DNA from: an uncultured Acidobacteriota bacterium
GTDB lineage: Bacteria; Acidobacteriota; Terriglobia; Terriglobales; Acidobacteriaceae
Direction: 5' to 3'
NCBI GenBank assembly: GCA_963757095.1
Contig: CAVWQT010000006.1
Span: 32,960-96,959 of the forward strand
DNA length: 64,000 nt
The position numbers were made by a program, and so were the translations under genes. A model generated the notes under the pieces. It ran no database searches. It was not told the DNA's origin and worked only from the letters and a program-made list of their open reading frames with translations. Shown here piece after piece: positions 18,672-28,276 of this stretch; within the stretch, counting starts at the first letter, position 1, and every line of letters begins with the position of its first letter.

Positions 18672-18755
18672 GCCACGGATTACCACAGATTCACACGAAT
18701 CAACAATAATAAAAAAACAGAGCTCTATCGGCGCTGATCCGTGCAAATCTGTGGC
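18672..18755. repeat. Hairpin repeat of the CACGGAT/CACAGAT ~10-nt unit family
   Basis: GCCACGGATTACCACAGATTCACACGAAT ... A-rich loop ... GATCCGTGCAAATCTGTGGC, between the mraY stop and the murD start. Confidence 0.75.
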
Positions 18756-18762
18756 GAAGCTC

Positions 18763-19896
18763 TTATCGCAGTTTCAGTGTGGTCAGCGCGAACAGGGCGA
18801 AGACCAGGGATGCGATCCAGAAGCGCACGATAATTTTCGACTCCGACCAGCCCATCAATTCGAAATGGTGATGGATCGGAGCCATCTTGAAGATGCGCTT
18901 CTTACGCAGTTTATAGGAGCCGACCTGCAGAATCACGGAGAGAGCTTCGATCACGAAGACGCCGCCGATAAAAGGAAGCAGCAGTTCCTGCTTGATGATC
19001 ACGGCCACGGTACCGATGGCGCCGCCCAGGGCAAGCGATCCCACGTCGCCCATGAACACTTCGGCGGGATGCGCGTTGTACCAGAGAAATCCAATGGAAG
19101 AGCCGACCATGGCGCCGCAGAAGATGGTCAACTCGCCGACTTGCGGCATGCGCTGCAGTTCGAGATAGGTTGCGAAAGTGGCGTGGCCGCTGACGTAGGT
19201 GAGAACCGTCAGGGCGCCGGCTGCGATTACGGTGCATCCGATGGCGAGGCCATCGAGGCCGTCGGTGAGGTTCACGGCGTTGCTTGAGCCTACGATGACG
19301 AGAGCGACGAATGCCATGAAGGGCAGGAAGGCGAGCGGCCACAGATGCGGATAGCGCTCCAGTGTGCCGACCACCAAGTCGGGGTGAAACTGTTTGAAAA
19401 ACGGCACGATCAGCTTGGTGGAATACATGCCATAGGTCTGCATGGCGATCAGCATGGAGGCGATGACGATGCCGGCGGCGATTTGCAGTCCGAATTTTGC
19501 ACGGCTGGTGAGGCCGAGATTGCGGCGGTGCGTGACTTTTGTGTAGTCGTCGGTGAATCCGATGGCGGCGTAGGCGCAAGTGGCGAAGACGGCGATCCAG
19601 ATGAAACGGTTGCTCAAGTCGGCCCAGAGCAGCGTGGGAACGACGATAGAGATTACGATCAGCAGTCCGCCCATGGTGGGCGTGCCGGCTTTCTTCTGAT
19701 GAGCCTTGGGGCCTTCCTCGCGAATGTATTGGCCGATCTGGAAATCGCGCAGGCGGTTGATGACGATGGGACCAACGATCAGTCCGGTGAAGAGCGCGGT
19801 GAGGCTGGCGAATGCGGTGCGGAAGGTGACGTACCGAAAAATGCGGAAGGGGGCTACGTAGTGCTGCAGCTTGACGAACAACAGCCAGTAGAGCAA
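18763..19896 (-). CDS. mraY: Phospho-N-acetylmuramoyl-pentapeptide transferase
   Basis: 377-aa polytopic ORF with GTPTMGG, NAVNLTDGLDGLA and MGDVGS motifs. Confidence 0.95.
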   Translation of the reverse strand: MLYWLLFVKLQHYVAPFRIFRYVTFRTAFASLTALFTGLIVGPIVINRLRDFQIGQYIREEGPKAHQKKAGTPTMGGLLIVISIVVPTLLWADLSNRFIWIAVFATCAYAAIGFTDDYTKVTHRRNLGLTSRAKFGLQIAAGIVIASMLIAMQTYGMYSTKLIVPFFKQFHPDLVVGTLERYPHLWPLAFLPFMAFVALVIVGSSNAVNLTDGLDGLAIGCTVIAAGALTVLTYVSGHATFATYLELQRMPQVGELTIFCGAMVGSSIGFLWYNAHPAEVFMGDVGSLALGGAIGTVAVIIKQELLLPFIGGVFVIEALSVILQVGSYKLRKKRIFKMAPIHHHFELMGWSESKIIVRFWIASLVFALFALTTLKLR

Positions 19897-19988
19897 ATAG
19901 CCTCCGAGTGCAGCCGTCAGCTTTCAGCTGTCGTAGCCATCAGCAATTCAGCCCGCGTGCAAGTATGCTCGCTACTCCACAAAATTCG

Positions 19989-21385
19989 TTAAGCTGGTCC
20001 GCCTCGTTTTGCCTTCCACGTTTCCAGCGCTTTTTCTAACTTTACGCCGCGAGACGCTTTGAGAAGCACTACGTCTCCGTCACGCGTTTCGCGGGCCAGC
20101 CATTCTCCGGCTTCTTCCGGGGTGGCTACGAATTCGGCCTTGGTTCCGGCTTGCCGGGCGCCTTCGACCATGGCTTTGGCCAGGCCGCGCACGCCTACCA
20201 GCACATCGATCTTGCTCTCGCCGGCTTGAACGCCTGCGGCGCGATGCATCTCTTCCGCGGCCGGTCCGAGCTCGAGCATTTCTCCCGCAACCACGATGCG
20301 GCGTTTGGCCTTCATAGCAGCCAGCGCGTGGATCATGGCTTCGAGTGCCTTCGGATTGGAATTGTAGCAATCGTTGACGACGGTGATGTTACCCAGTTGG
20401 AGAACCTGCCCGCGTTTGTCGGCGGGGGCGAGCGTGGCCAAGGCGGCGATGGCCTCGGCGAGGGTCATGCCGCGGGTCATGGCGACGGCAACGGCGGCGA
20501 GCGCGTTCAGAACATTGTGCTCGCCTACGAGTTGCAGCCTGGCGTTTTGACGGCCGTCGACGGTGACGATTTCAAACGAAGAGCCTTCGGTTCCCTGCAA
20601 ACGAACATTTTCGGCGCGCACGGCGGCGGGGGCCCGAATGCCGTAGGTGATGACTTTGCCTTTGAAATCGCGGCCGAATTGCGAGACGTATTCGTCGTCG
20701 GCGTTGAGAACTGCGGTGCCGCTGGGCGGAAGCGATTCGACCAGTTCGTATTTTGCGCGGGCGATGCCGGCGAGGGAATCGAAATATTCCAGGTGCACGG
20801 GAGCGACGTTGGTGACGACGCCGATTTCCGGCTGCGCAATTTTGGCGAGCGCGCGAATTTCTCCGGCGTGCGACATGCCCATCTCGATAACCGCGAGGTC
20901 GTGGTCGGGCTCGAGTTTGAGAAGCATCAGCGGCAGGCCGAAGTGATTGTTGAAATTGCCCTCGGACTTCAGCACGCGAAATTTCGCACTGAGCACGTGG
21001 GCGATGGCTTCCTTGGTCGTCGTCTTTCCGGCTGAGCCGGTGATTCCGATCAAGGGCTTGCCCCAGATTCGGCGCACGGCTGTAGCCAGCGACTGCAGGG
21101 CGATCAGTGTGTCTTCGACGGCGAGCAGCGGAGTGCTCGGCGGGATAGCGATGCTGATTTTCGTGGCTGACTACGGCTGCGATGGCGCCTCTTTGCAGCG
21201 CCGCTTCGACAAAATCGTGACCGTCGAGGCGTTCGCCTTTTACCGCGAAGAAGAGTTCGCCTTGGCCCACTGTGCGGGAATCGATCGAATAGCCTTGGGC
21301 CATGCTCGCGACGACCGACAGCCGAGGCGGCTGTCTTTACATGAGCATTTAGGATTTCGGCAATTTTGGAGAGTGCTAACTTCAT
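19989..21385 (-). CDS. murF: UDP-N-acetylmuramoyl-tripeptide--D-alanyl-D-alanine ligase; reading frame interrupted twice
   Basis: Three successive frames carry MKLALSKIAEILNAH.. (21385 down), ..VVASMAQGYSIDSRTVGQGELFFAVKGERLDGHDFVEAAL.., and ..PLLAVEDTLIALQSLATAVRRIWGKPLIGITGSAGKTTTKE.. through to the stop at 19989. The ATG overlaps the murE stop (ATGA). Confidence 0.88.
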
Positions 21386-22900
21386 GCCGGCATCTCCGCG
21401 GGTTTCTTCTCGCAGTCGAAGCCTTTGGCTTTCAAAATTTCGCGCGCTACTTCTACGTCGTCGAAGGGGAGCGAACCCTCTTTCGTGACCTGAACTTTTT
21501 CGTGGCCTTTGCCAGCCAGCAGGATGATGTCCCCCGGACGAGCCTCGCTGATGGCGAGCGCGATGGCCATGCGGCGATCGGGTTCGATGCTGTATTTCGT
21601 GCCAGTCTTCTGCAATCCGACGAGCGCGTCGTTGATGATGGCGACGGGATCTTCGCTGCGCGGGTTGTCGGAGGTGAGCACGGCGAAGTCACTTCCCCGC
21701 CCTGCGGCTTCGCCCATCAGCGGACGCTTGGCACGATCGCGGTCGCCGCCGCAGCCGAAGACGGTGAGCACGCGGCCGTTCAATCCGCCGCGCGAAACGA
21801 ATTCGCGGGCCAGCGCGGTGAGATTGCGCAGGGCGTCATCGGTATGCGCGTAGTCGACTACGACGGTGAAAGGCTGGCCGCAATCGACGCGCTCGAACCG
21901 TGCCGGGCACGTGGGTCAGAGACTCGACGCCTTGAGCGATGGCCTGCGAACTGCAATTGCGCGCGGAGCATGCTGCCGCTGCGGCGAGAATGTTGTAGAC
22001 GTTTACGCGGCCGATCAGCGGCGAGAAGAGGGGAATCGTTTCCTGGGAAGTGCGCAGGTCGAAGCGCGTCCCGCGCGGAGTGATGTCGACATTTTCCGCG
22101 TGGAAATCTCCACTGTTCCACGCATAGGTCAGCACGACGGAGCTGCGCTTGCGGCTAAATTTGGCGAGCGTCGCGCCGAACTCGTCGTCGAGGTTGGTGA
22201 CGGCGGCGCGGGGCGCATCGGTGCCGCAGCCTTCGAAGAGCACGCGCTTGGCGGCGGCATATTCGTCCATCGATTTGTGGTAGTCGAGGTGATCGCGAGT
22301 GAGATTGGTGAAGACGGCCACATCGAACGGAATGCCGTAGACACGCTGTTGCGCGAGCGCGTGCGAAGAGACTTCCATGACGGCATCGGTCGCACCCTGG
22401 CCGAGTGCTTCATTCAGAATGCGATTGAGTTCGAGCGCTTCGGGCGTGGTATGAGGAGCTGGAATCACACGGCCGGCGACGTGATATTCGATGGTGCCGA
22501 TGAGCGCGCTCTTGCGCCCCGCGGCGGTCAGAATCGATTCGATCAAGAATGCGGTCGTGCTCTTGCCGTTGGTGCCGGTGATGCCGGTGATGGCGATGCG
22601 CTCGGCGGGATGCTTATAGAAATTCGCACTCAACCGCGCCAAGGCGCGACGACCGTGCGGTACCAGGGCCCAGGCGATGCCTTCGCGCGGCTTCTCGGCG
22701 GGCGAGTCGGTGACCACCGCGACTGCTCCGGCCTGAATGGCCGCGTCGATGAAGCGATTGCCATCGGAAGTTTCGCCATGCATGGCGACGAAGGCGCAGC
22801 CCGGCTTTACGCGGCGCGAGTCATATTCGATACCGGTGACGTCGGGATTCCCGCTGGCCGAGAGAATCTCAGCGCCATCCAGCAATTGTTGGAAGGTCAT
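21382..22900 (-). CDS. murE: UDP-N-acetylmuramoyl-L-alanyl-D-glutamate--2,6-diaminopimelate ligase; reading frame interrupted once
   Basis: N-terminal ORF 21836-22900 (..ITGTNGKSTT..) and C-terminal ORF 21382-21783 (..GRVLTVFGCGGDRDRAKRP..). The +1 frame reads RFERVDCGQPFTVVVDYAHTDDALRNL directly after ..SLTHVPG. Confidence 0.9.
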
Positions 22901-23018
22901 TCGGTGAAATTATAGGTCAGCCGCGGCGATGGCAGAGCCTTGCGAGACCTGAGGACACGGAAGAAGCATTACCTAGGTCATTTTCGGTTCGACGGCCAGG
23001 CCGCGCTACATTGGGCGC

Positions 23019-23201
23019 ATGAGCACCGGAACCAGTCCCGCCCGACAACGCTGCGCGCAGTGCGAGCAGCCAGAAAATTCCTGCGAGTGCGAGAAATTCT
23101 GCTGTCTGTGCCAGTCGGTCCTCGATATCCGCATCTGCACCGACGGCCTTATGTATTGCGAGCCCTGCCGCACGGCCTGCGAATACAAAACCTCTGACTA
23201 G
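23019..23201 (+). CDS. Hypothetical Cys-rich small protein (12 Cys in 60 aa)
   Basis: MSTGTSPARQRCAQCEQPENSCECEKFCCLCQSVLDIRICTDGLMYCEPCRTACEYKTSD has several CxxC/CxC pairs. No clear RBS. Confidence 0.35.
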   Translation: MSTGTSPARQRCAQCEQPENSCECEKFCCLCQSVLDIRICTDGLMYCEPCRTACEYKTSD

Positions 23202-23399
23202 TGTGATTTACGGCAACTCGATTGCCCTTCGCGCACTCCTAATATAAGGCGCGATGCTGCCGAGTTCGCCTGCCACGCCGACGGAGTTTCTCTGAGTGAC
23301 AACCCGACTGTGATCAGGTTCCTTGGCAAGCGCAGGGCTTTTAAGGCAGAATAGTGCGTTTTTCCTTTTTGCCCCTGGTTTCATAGCTCGGAGGCCCTT

Positions 23400-24977
23400 A
23401 TGGCTACTACCATGCACATCAGCGACGTTGCCGAGTTGCTGAGCGAAGGCAGAACTCATTTCAATCTTTCCCCGGCACTTCTGGTGGAGCATTCCATCCG
23501 GCGGAACGAGTCCAAGCTGGCGGCAAACGGTTCGCTGGTCGGGTATACGAACCGGACAGGCCGCTCGCCCAAAGACAAGTTCATCGTGCGGGATGAGACG
23601 ACCGAGCACGCCGTGGATTGGAGATCGAATTCGCCCATCGATCCTGACAAGTTTGACGACCTGTATGCGCGGGTCATGGAGCATTTGCGGGGGCGGGAGC
23701 TGTTCGTGCAGGATCTTTTTTGCGGCGCGGATCCGGCGTATCGACTGCCGGTTCGCATCGTGAACGAATACGCCTGGCACAATTTATTTGTACGGCAATT
23801 ATTCTTGCGGCCCAGCGCGGAAGAACTCCGAAGTCATAATCCCGAGTTCACGGTTATTTCTGCTCCGGAGTTCAAGGCGGATCCGAAACGCGATGGCGTG
23901 AATTCGGAAGTTTTCATTCTGCTGAATTTCACCCGCCGCACGGTGCTGATTGGCGGGACTTCGTATGCCGGGGAGATGAAGAAATCGATTTTCAGCGTGA
24001 TGAACTTTCTGCTGCCGCCGCGCAACGTGTTCCCCATGCATTGTTCGGCGAATGTTGGGCACAACGGCGTGAGCGCGCTGTTCTTCGGGCTTTCGGGCAC
24101 GGGCAAAACGACGCTTTCGGCCGATCCGTCGCGCGATCTGATTGGTGACGATGAGCATGGCTGGAGCGCGGACGGCGTGTTCAACTTCGAGGGTGGATGT
24201 TATGCCAAGTGCATCAAGCTCTCGAAGAAAAACGAGCCGCAGATCTGGAATGCGCTGCGCTTTGGTTGCGTTCTGGAAAACGTGGTGCTCGATGCGCACA
24301 CCCGGATCCCCGATTACAACGACGACAGCAGGACGGAAAATACACGCGCGGCGTATCCCGTGGACTTTATGGAGAACGCGGTGATCCCCGGCATTGGCGG
24401 GCATCCGAAGAACGTGGTGTTCCTGACCGCGGACGCGTTTGGCGTGTTGCCTCCGATTTCGAAGCTGACGCCGGAGCAGGCCATGTATCACTTCTTCTCC
24501 GGCTACACGGCGAAAGTGGCAGGAACCGAGGCCGGCGTGAAGGAACCTTCGGCAACGTTCTCGACCTGCTTCGGCGCGCCGTTTCTGCCGCGGGCTCCGA
24601 AGGTTTACGCCGAGATGCTGGGACGCCGTCTGCGCGAGCACCATGCGCAGTGCTGGCTGGTGAACACTGGCTGGCAAGGCGGGCCGTATGGCATCGGCAA
24701 GCGTATGGCTATTCCTTATACGCGGGCAATGGTTGATTCGGCGGTCGAAGGCGAGTTGATCAAGGAAGAATTCGAGATCGAGCCGACGTTTGGATTTTCC
24801 ATTCCCAAGGCTTGCCACGGAGTTCCGCCGCAGGTGCTGAACCCGCGCAACGCTTGGGCGGACAAGGCCGCGTACGACAAGGCGGCTGAAGATTTGCGCA
24901 ACCGCTTCGCCAAGAATTTCGAGAACTTCGACGCTCCGCCCGAGGTTAAGGCTGCGGGGCCTAAGGCGCAGAAATAG
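23400..24977 (+). CDS. pckA: Phosphoenolpyruvate carboxykinase (ATP)
   Basis: 525 aa with [19 protein letters not shown] and DDEHGW motifs. GGAGG RBS. Confidence 0.95.
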   Translation: MATTMHISDVAELLSEGRTHFNLSPALLVEHSIRRNESKLAANGSLVGYTNRTGRSPKDKFIVRDETTEHAVDWRSNSPIDPDKFDDLYARVMEHLRGRELFVQDLFCGADPAYRLPVRIVNEYAWHNLFVRQLFLRPSAEELRSHNPEFTVISAPEFKADPKRDGVNSEVFILLNFTRRTVLIGGTSYAGEMKKSIFSVMNFLLPPRNVFPMHCSANVGHNGVSALFFGLSGTGKTTLSADPSRDLIGDDEHGWSADGVFNFEGGCYAKCIKLSKKNEPQIWNALRFGCVLENVVLDAHTRIPDYNDDSRTENTRAAYPVDFMENAVIPGIGGHPKNVVFLTADAFGVLPPISKLTPEQAMYHFFSGYTAKVAGTEAGVKEPSATFSTCFGAPFLPRAPKVYAEMLGRRLREHHAQCWLVNTGWQGGPYGIGKRMAIPYTRAMVDSAVEGELIKEEFEIEPTFGFSIPKACHGVPPQVLNPRNAWADKAAYDKAAEDLRNRFAKNFENFDAPPEVKAAGPKAQK

Positions 24978-24997
24978 TCCGGCAGTTCAAGAGCTTT

Positions 24998-25076
24998 AAC
25001 CACTAGGGACACGAAGGTACACGAAGGAGTTCCTGGTTGAGTTTTCCTTCGTGGGACTTCGTGTCCTTCGTGGTTT
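24998..25076. repeat. Hairpin repeat (CACGAAGG ~10-nt units), likely the pckA terminator structure
   Basis: AACCACTAGGGACACGAAGGTACACGAAGGA ... TCCTTCGTGGGACTTCGTGTCCTTCGTGGTT, starting 21 nt after the pckA stop. Confidence 0.75.
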
Positions 25077-25336
25077 ACGGTTTCAATCGAGACGGAACGC
25101 CAGACACACTACGGCGACCTTGGCGAAGCGCATGGCTCCTCCGTGTTAGACACAGGTCCGCACGCGACCGGCGCTTGCGAACTCAGACACAGAACGAGCG
25201 GCGCCAGCGTATTTGCGCCTTGCGTACCTGAACATTTAGACACCGAGCGAAGGTGTCTGGAGCCGTGGATGCGCAGTGGTGCAGTGGAAGATGTCCGCGG
25301 GACAGCGAAGTCCGCGGATTCAGGTCTTCTTCGTCA

Positions 25337-25585
25337 TCAGGCTTTCTTCATCATTCGGCTGAGCCAGATGAGGAAGACGGCTCCGAGGATGGCGACGAGG
25401 ATGGTACCGATCGTGCCTCCGGCGGAAACGCCGACCAGTCCCAACAGGAAGCCGCCAACGATCGCGCCCACGATGCCGAGCACGATGTCCATGACGGCGC
25501 CGTAGCCGCCGCCCTTCATGATCTTGCCAGCTGCCCAGCCTGCGATCAGTCCTACGATGATCCACCAAATCAGGTTTGAAACCAT
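25337..25585 (-). CDS. GlsB/YeaQ/YmgE-family (transglycosylase-associated) small membrane protein
   Basis: MVSNLIWWIIVGLIAGWAAGKIMKGGGYGAVMDIVLGIVGAIVGGFLLG.. with AAGGAGG upstream of ATG 25585. Confidence 0.85.
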   Translation of the reverse strand: MVSNLIWWIIVGLIAGWAAGKIMKGGGYGAVMDIVLGIVGAIVGGFLLGLVGVSAGGTIGTILVAILGAVFLIWLSRMMKKA

Positions 25586-25631
25586 GCGGAGATCCTCCTT
25601 GGTTCGGTTAGTGAACAGCCAGGGAGTGATT

Positions 25632-26522
25632 CTATGACTTTGTGCTGGTTGCGCGGAAAAATTTTGATGGAGGATCGTTCGCGGCTTTTTGCGAGGAATT
25701 TGAAAGGTGAATTTCCAGGCCTTCGGACGCGGCCTGAACCTTGGGATAGTAGTTGCGGGCATCGGCGACTACTTTGTCGACGATCTCATCGGTGTGCTCG
25801 GGATCGTGGTGGTAGAGGATCAATTCCTTGGCGCCGCTTTCCATGACCACGTTTACGGCCTCGCGCCAGTGGCTGTGTCCCCAGCCGCGGCGGCGTGCGG
25901 CGTATTCCTCGGGAAGATACTGCGCGTCGTAAATCAGGATGTCGGCGCCTTCGGCAAGTTTGCGGACGTTCTTGTCGAAGAGCGCGTCGCCGGGCTCGTT
26001 GTCAGTGGCGTAGACGAGGATGCCGTCTTTGGTCTCGAGGCGGAATCCCAGGCATCCCTGCGGATGGTTCAGGTAGGCAGTCTTGATCTGGACGCCGTCA
26101 TCCATGGGCAGGCATCCGTTTTCGATGTCGTAAAAATTTCGCTTGGCCTTCATCTGGTCGAGATTCACGGGGAAGTACGGAGCGGCCATCTGCTCGGCCA
26201 TGACCTGCTCCAGCCGGCGCGTGCGGCCGGAAGAATGAAAGACAAACTGGTTACCAGAATTTTCGTAGAGCGGGCGGAAAAACGGCATGCCCTGAATGTG
26301 ATCCCAGTGGAAGTGCGATACGAAGACGTGCGCGTTGAAGGGGCGCGATGCGAATTCGCGCTCGAGTTGGTGACCGAGCACGCGAAATCCGGTGCCACAA
26401 TCGAAGATGTAAATCTGATCGCCCACGCGCACTTCGACGCAGGAGGTGTTGCCCCCGTAGCGCAGGTTCTCGGCCTGTGGAGTGGGCGTAGAGCCGCGTA
26501 CGCCCCAAAATTTAATTCGCAT
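25632..26522 (-). CDS. MBL-fold metallo-hydrolase
   Basis: 296 aa with the HFHWDH metal-binding motif and a beta-lactamase-fold pattern. Confidence 0.8.
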   Translation of the reverse strand: MRIKFWGVRGSTPTPQAENLRYGGNTSCVEVRVGDQIYIFDCGTGFRVLGHQLEREFASRPFNAHVFVSHFHWDHIQGMPFFRPLYENSGNQFVFHSSGRTRRLEQVMAEQMAAPYFPVNLDQMKAKRNFYDIENGCLPMDDGVQIKTAYLNHPQGCLGFRLETKDGILVYATDNEPGDALFDKNVRKLAEGADILIYDAQYLPEEYAARRRGWGHSHWREAVNVVMESGAKELILYHHDPEHTDEIVDKVVADARNYYPKVQAASEGLEIHLSNSSQKAANDPPSKFFRATSTKS

Positions 26523-26778
26523 AAATCGTCGTTCGATCAGTCATCTTCGACGGCTAAATTTGATGCAATTCGATTCTTCGTCCCCCCAAGCACTCTTAAT
26601 GCGTCTGCGAAGCGGGAGGGTCGTCCCGCAAAGTGCAGAAACCACTCTGGATAATCCTGATTTTAGTCGTTGGTAAGGGGGCTACAAGGTGACCAAAGTT
26701 TCGCGCGCGGCGGGGAAACGGATGCGCGGATGTGGTGCCCTATAATCGAATTCCCCGTTTTTGGGCGGGTTCGAACTC

Positions 26779-28273
26779 ATGTTGCGGCCTGATTACAAAG
26801 AATTCTCGCGGCTGGCGCGCGAGGCGACCCTGGTTCCGGTGGTCAAGTCGGTGAGCGCCGACTTGCTGACGCCGGTGTCGGCGTTTCTGGCGATCGCGCA
26901 CGACGAGCCGCATGCGTTTCTGCTGGAGTCCGTGGAACGCGGAGAGCAGATTGGGCGCTATACGTTTCTCGGCGTGCGGCCGTATATGCGGGTTCGGGCC
27001 TTGGCTGGGAAGGTTCAGATTGAGGGACGAAAAATCCCCACTTCTCGAAAAACCCACCCAGACGAAAACATTTTTCAGGTGGTGAAGCGGTTGTTGCGGG
27101 AGCATCGCCCGGCTACCGTGCCGGGACTGCCTCCGTTCACCGCGGGAGCGGTTGGATACTTTGCTTACGATGTGGTGCGGCAACTGGAGAAGATTGGGAG
27201 TCACGCGAAGGACGACTTGACGCTGCCGGATGCGGAGTTGATGTTCTTCGACCGACTTGCTGGCCTTCGATCACCTGCGACATCAGATTCACATTGTCGC
27301 CGCGGCGGATGTATCCCGCGAAAGTCCGCGCAAGGCGTACGACCGCGCATTGCGTGACATTGCTGCGCTGGAGCGCAAGCTCGGAGGCGGGCTGAGTGCG
27401 GCGGTGTGGCGGCAATCCGCGAAGGCGGTTGCGGGCAAGTTGAAGGTGAATGCCGTGACCGGGCGCGCGGATTTCCTGCGCAACGTGGAACGCTGCAAGG
27501 AATACATTGCTGCCGGAGACATCTTTCAGGTGGTGCTTTCGCAGCGGCTGGATTTCACGCCGGGCGTCGCACCGTTCGATTTGTATCGCGCGCTGCGGCA
27601 GGTGAATCCGTCGCCGTATCTTTATTTCCTGCGCTCGGGGGATACGCACATTCTCGGTTCGTCTCCGGAGATGCTGGTGCGGGTTACAGGGCGCAAGCTC
27701 GAATATCGGCCGATTGCGGGAACGCATCCGCGGGGCGCGGACGAGGCGGAAGACTTACGTCTCGAACAGCAACTGCGGAGCGACGAAAAAGAACGCGCGG
27801 AACACGTGATGCTGGTCGACCTGGGGCGCAATGATCTGGGCCGGGTGAGCGAGTATGGATCTGTAAAGGTGAAAGATTTGATGTATGTCGAGCGCTACTC
27901 GCATGTGATGCATCTGGTGTCGGCGCTGGAAGGCAGGCTGCGCAAGGGTTTGGACGCGCTCGATGCCTTCGCGGCGTGCTTTCCCGCAGGCACGTTAAGC
28001 GGAGCGCCCAAAGTTCGCGCCATGCAGATTATTGAAGAGCTGGAACCGACGCGGCGCGGCATTTATGGCGGCTCGGTGCTCTACGCCGACTTCGCGGGCA
28101 ATCTGGATTCGTGCATCGGCATTCGCACTTTGCTGATGCAGGGCAAGAAGGCATATCTGCAGGCGGGCGCGGGAATTGTGGCGGATTCGGATCCGGCTAG
28201 AGAATTTCAGGAATGCATGAACAAGGCGCAGGCGATGTTGAGAGCGGTGGAAATGGCGAGAAGCAGTGGCTAG
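26779..28273 (+). CDS. trpE: Anthranilate synthase component I; frame interrupted near 27253-27256
   Basis: ORFs 26761-27357 and 27257-28273 join as ..LPDAELMFFDR|LLAFDHLRHQIHIV... The downstream part has GTHPRG.., VDLGRND and GIYGG motifs. Confidence 0.9.
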
Positions 28274-28276
28274 TGG

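Noticed and set aside
21382-22900. Calling murE and murF true pseudogenes
   Set aside because: Both are essential single-copy functions in peptidoglycan-containing bacteria and the remaining sequence is fully conserved in each frame. Single-base sequence errors are the more economical explanation pending read data.
17271-22915. Long plus-strand ORFs (17271-18203, 20151-21035, 20947-22083, 21866-22915) across murD, murF and murE
   Set aside because: All are antisense shadows of Mur ligase genes. Their Gly/Asp/Val-rich translations lack motifs.
23208-24818. Minus-strand ORFs 23208-23780 and 23799-24818
   Set aside because: They overlap pckA and its 5' region in antisense and have no motifs.
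26741-26746. TATAAT box 33 nt upstream of trpE as a promoter
   Set aside because: There is no acceptable -35 hexamer or TG extension at the correct spacing, so it is too weak to annotate.
26523-26778. Trp leader, attenuator or T-box upstream of trpE
   Set aside because: I could find no Trp-codon-containing leader peptide, no alternative terminator/antiterminator pairings and no T-box specifier features by eye.
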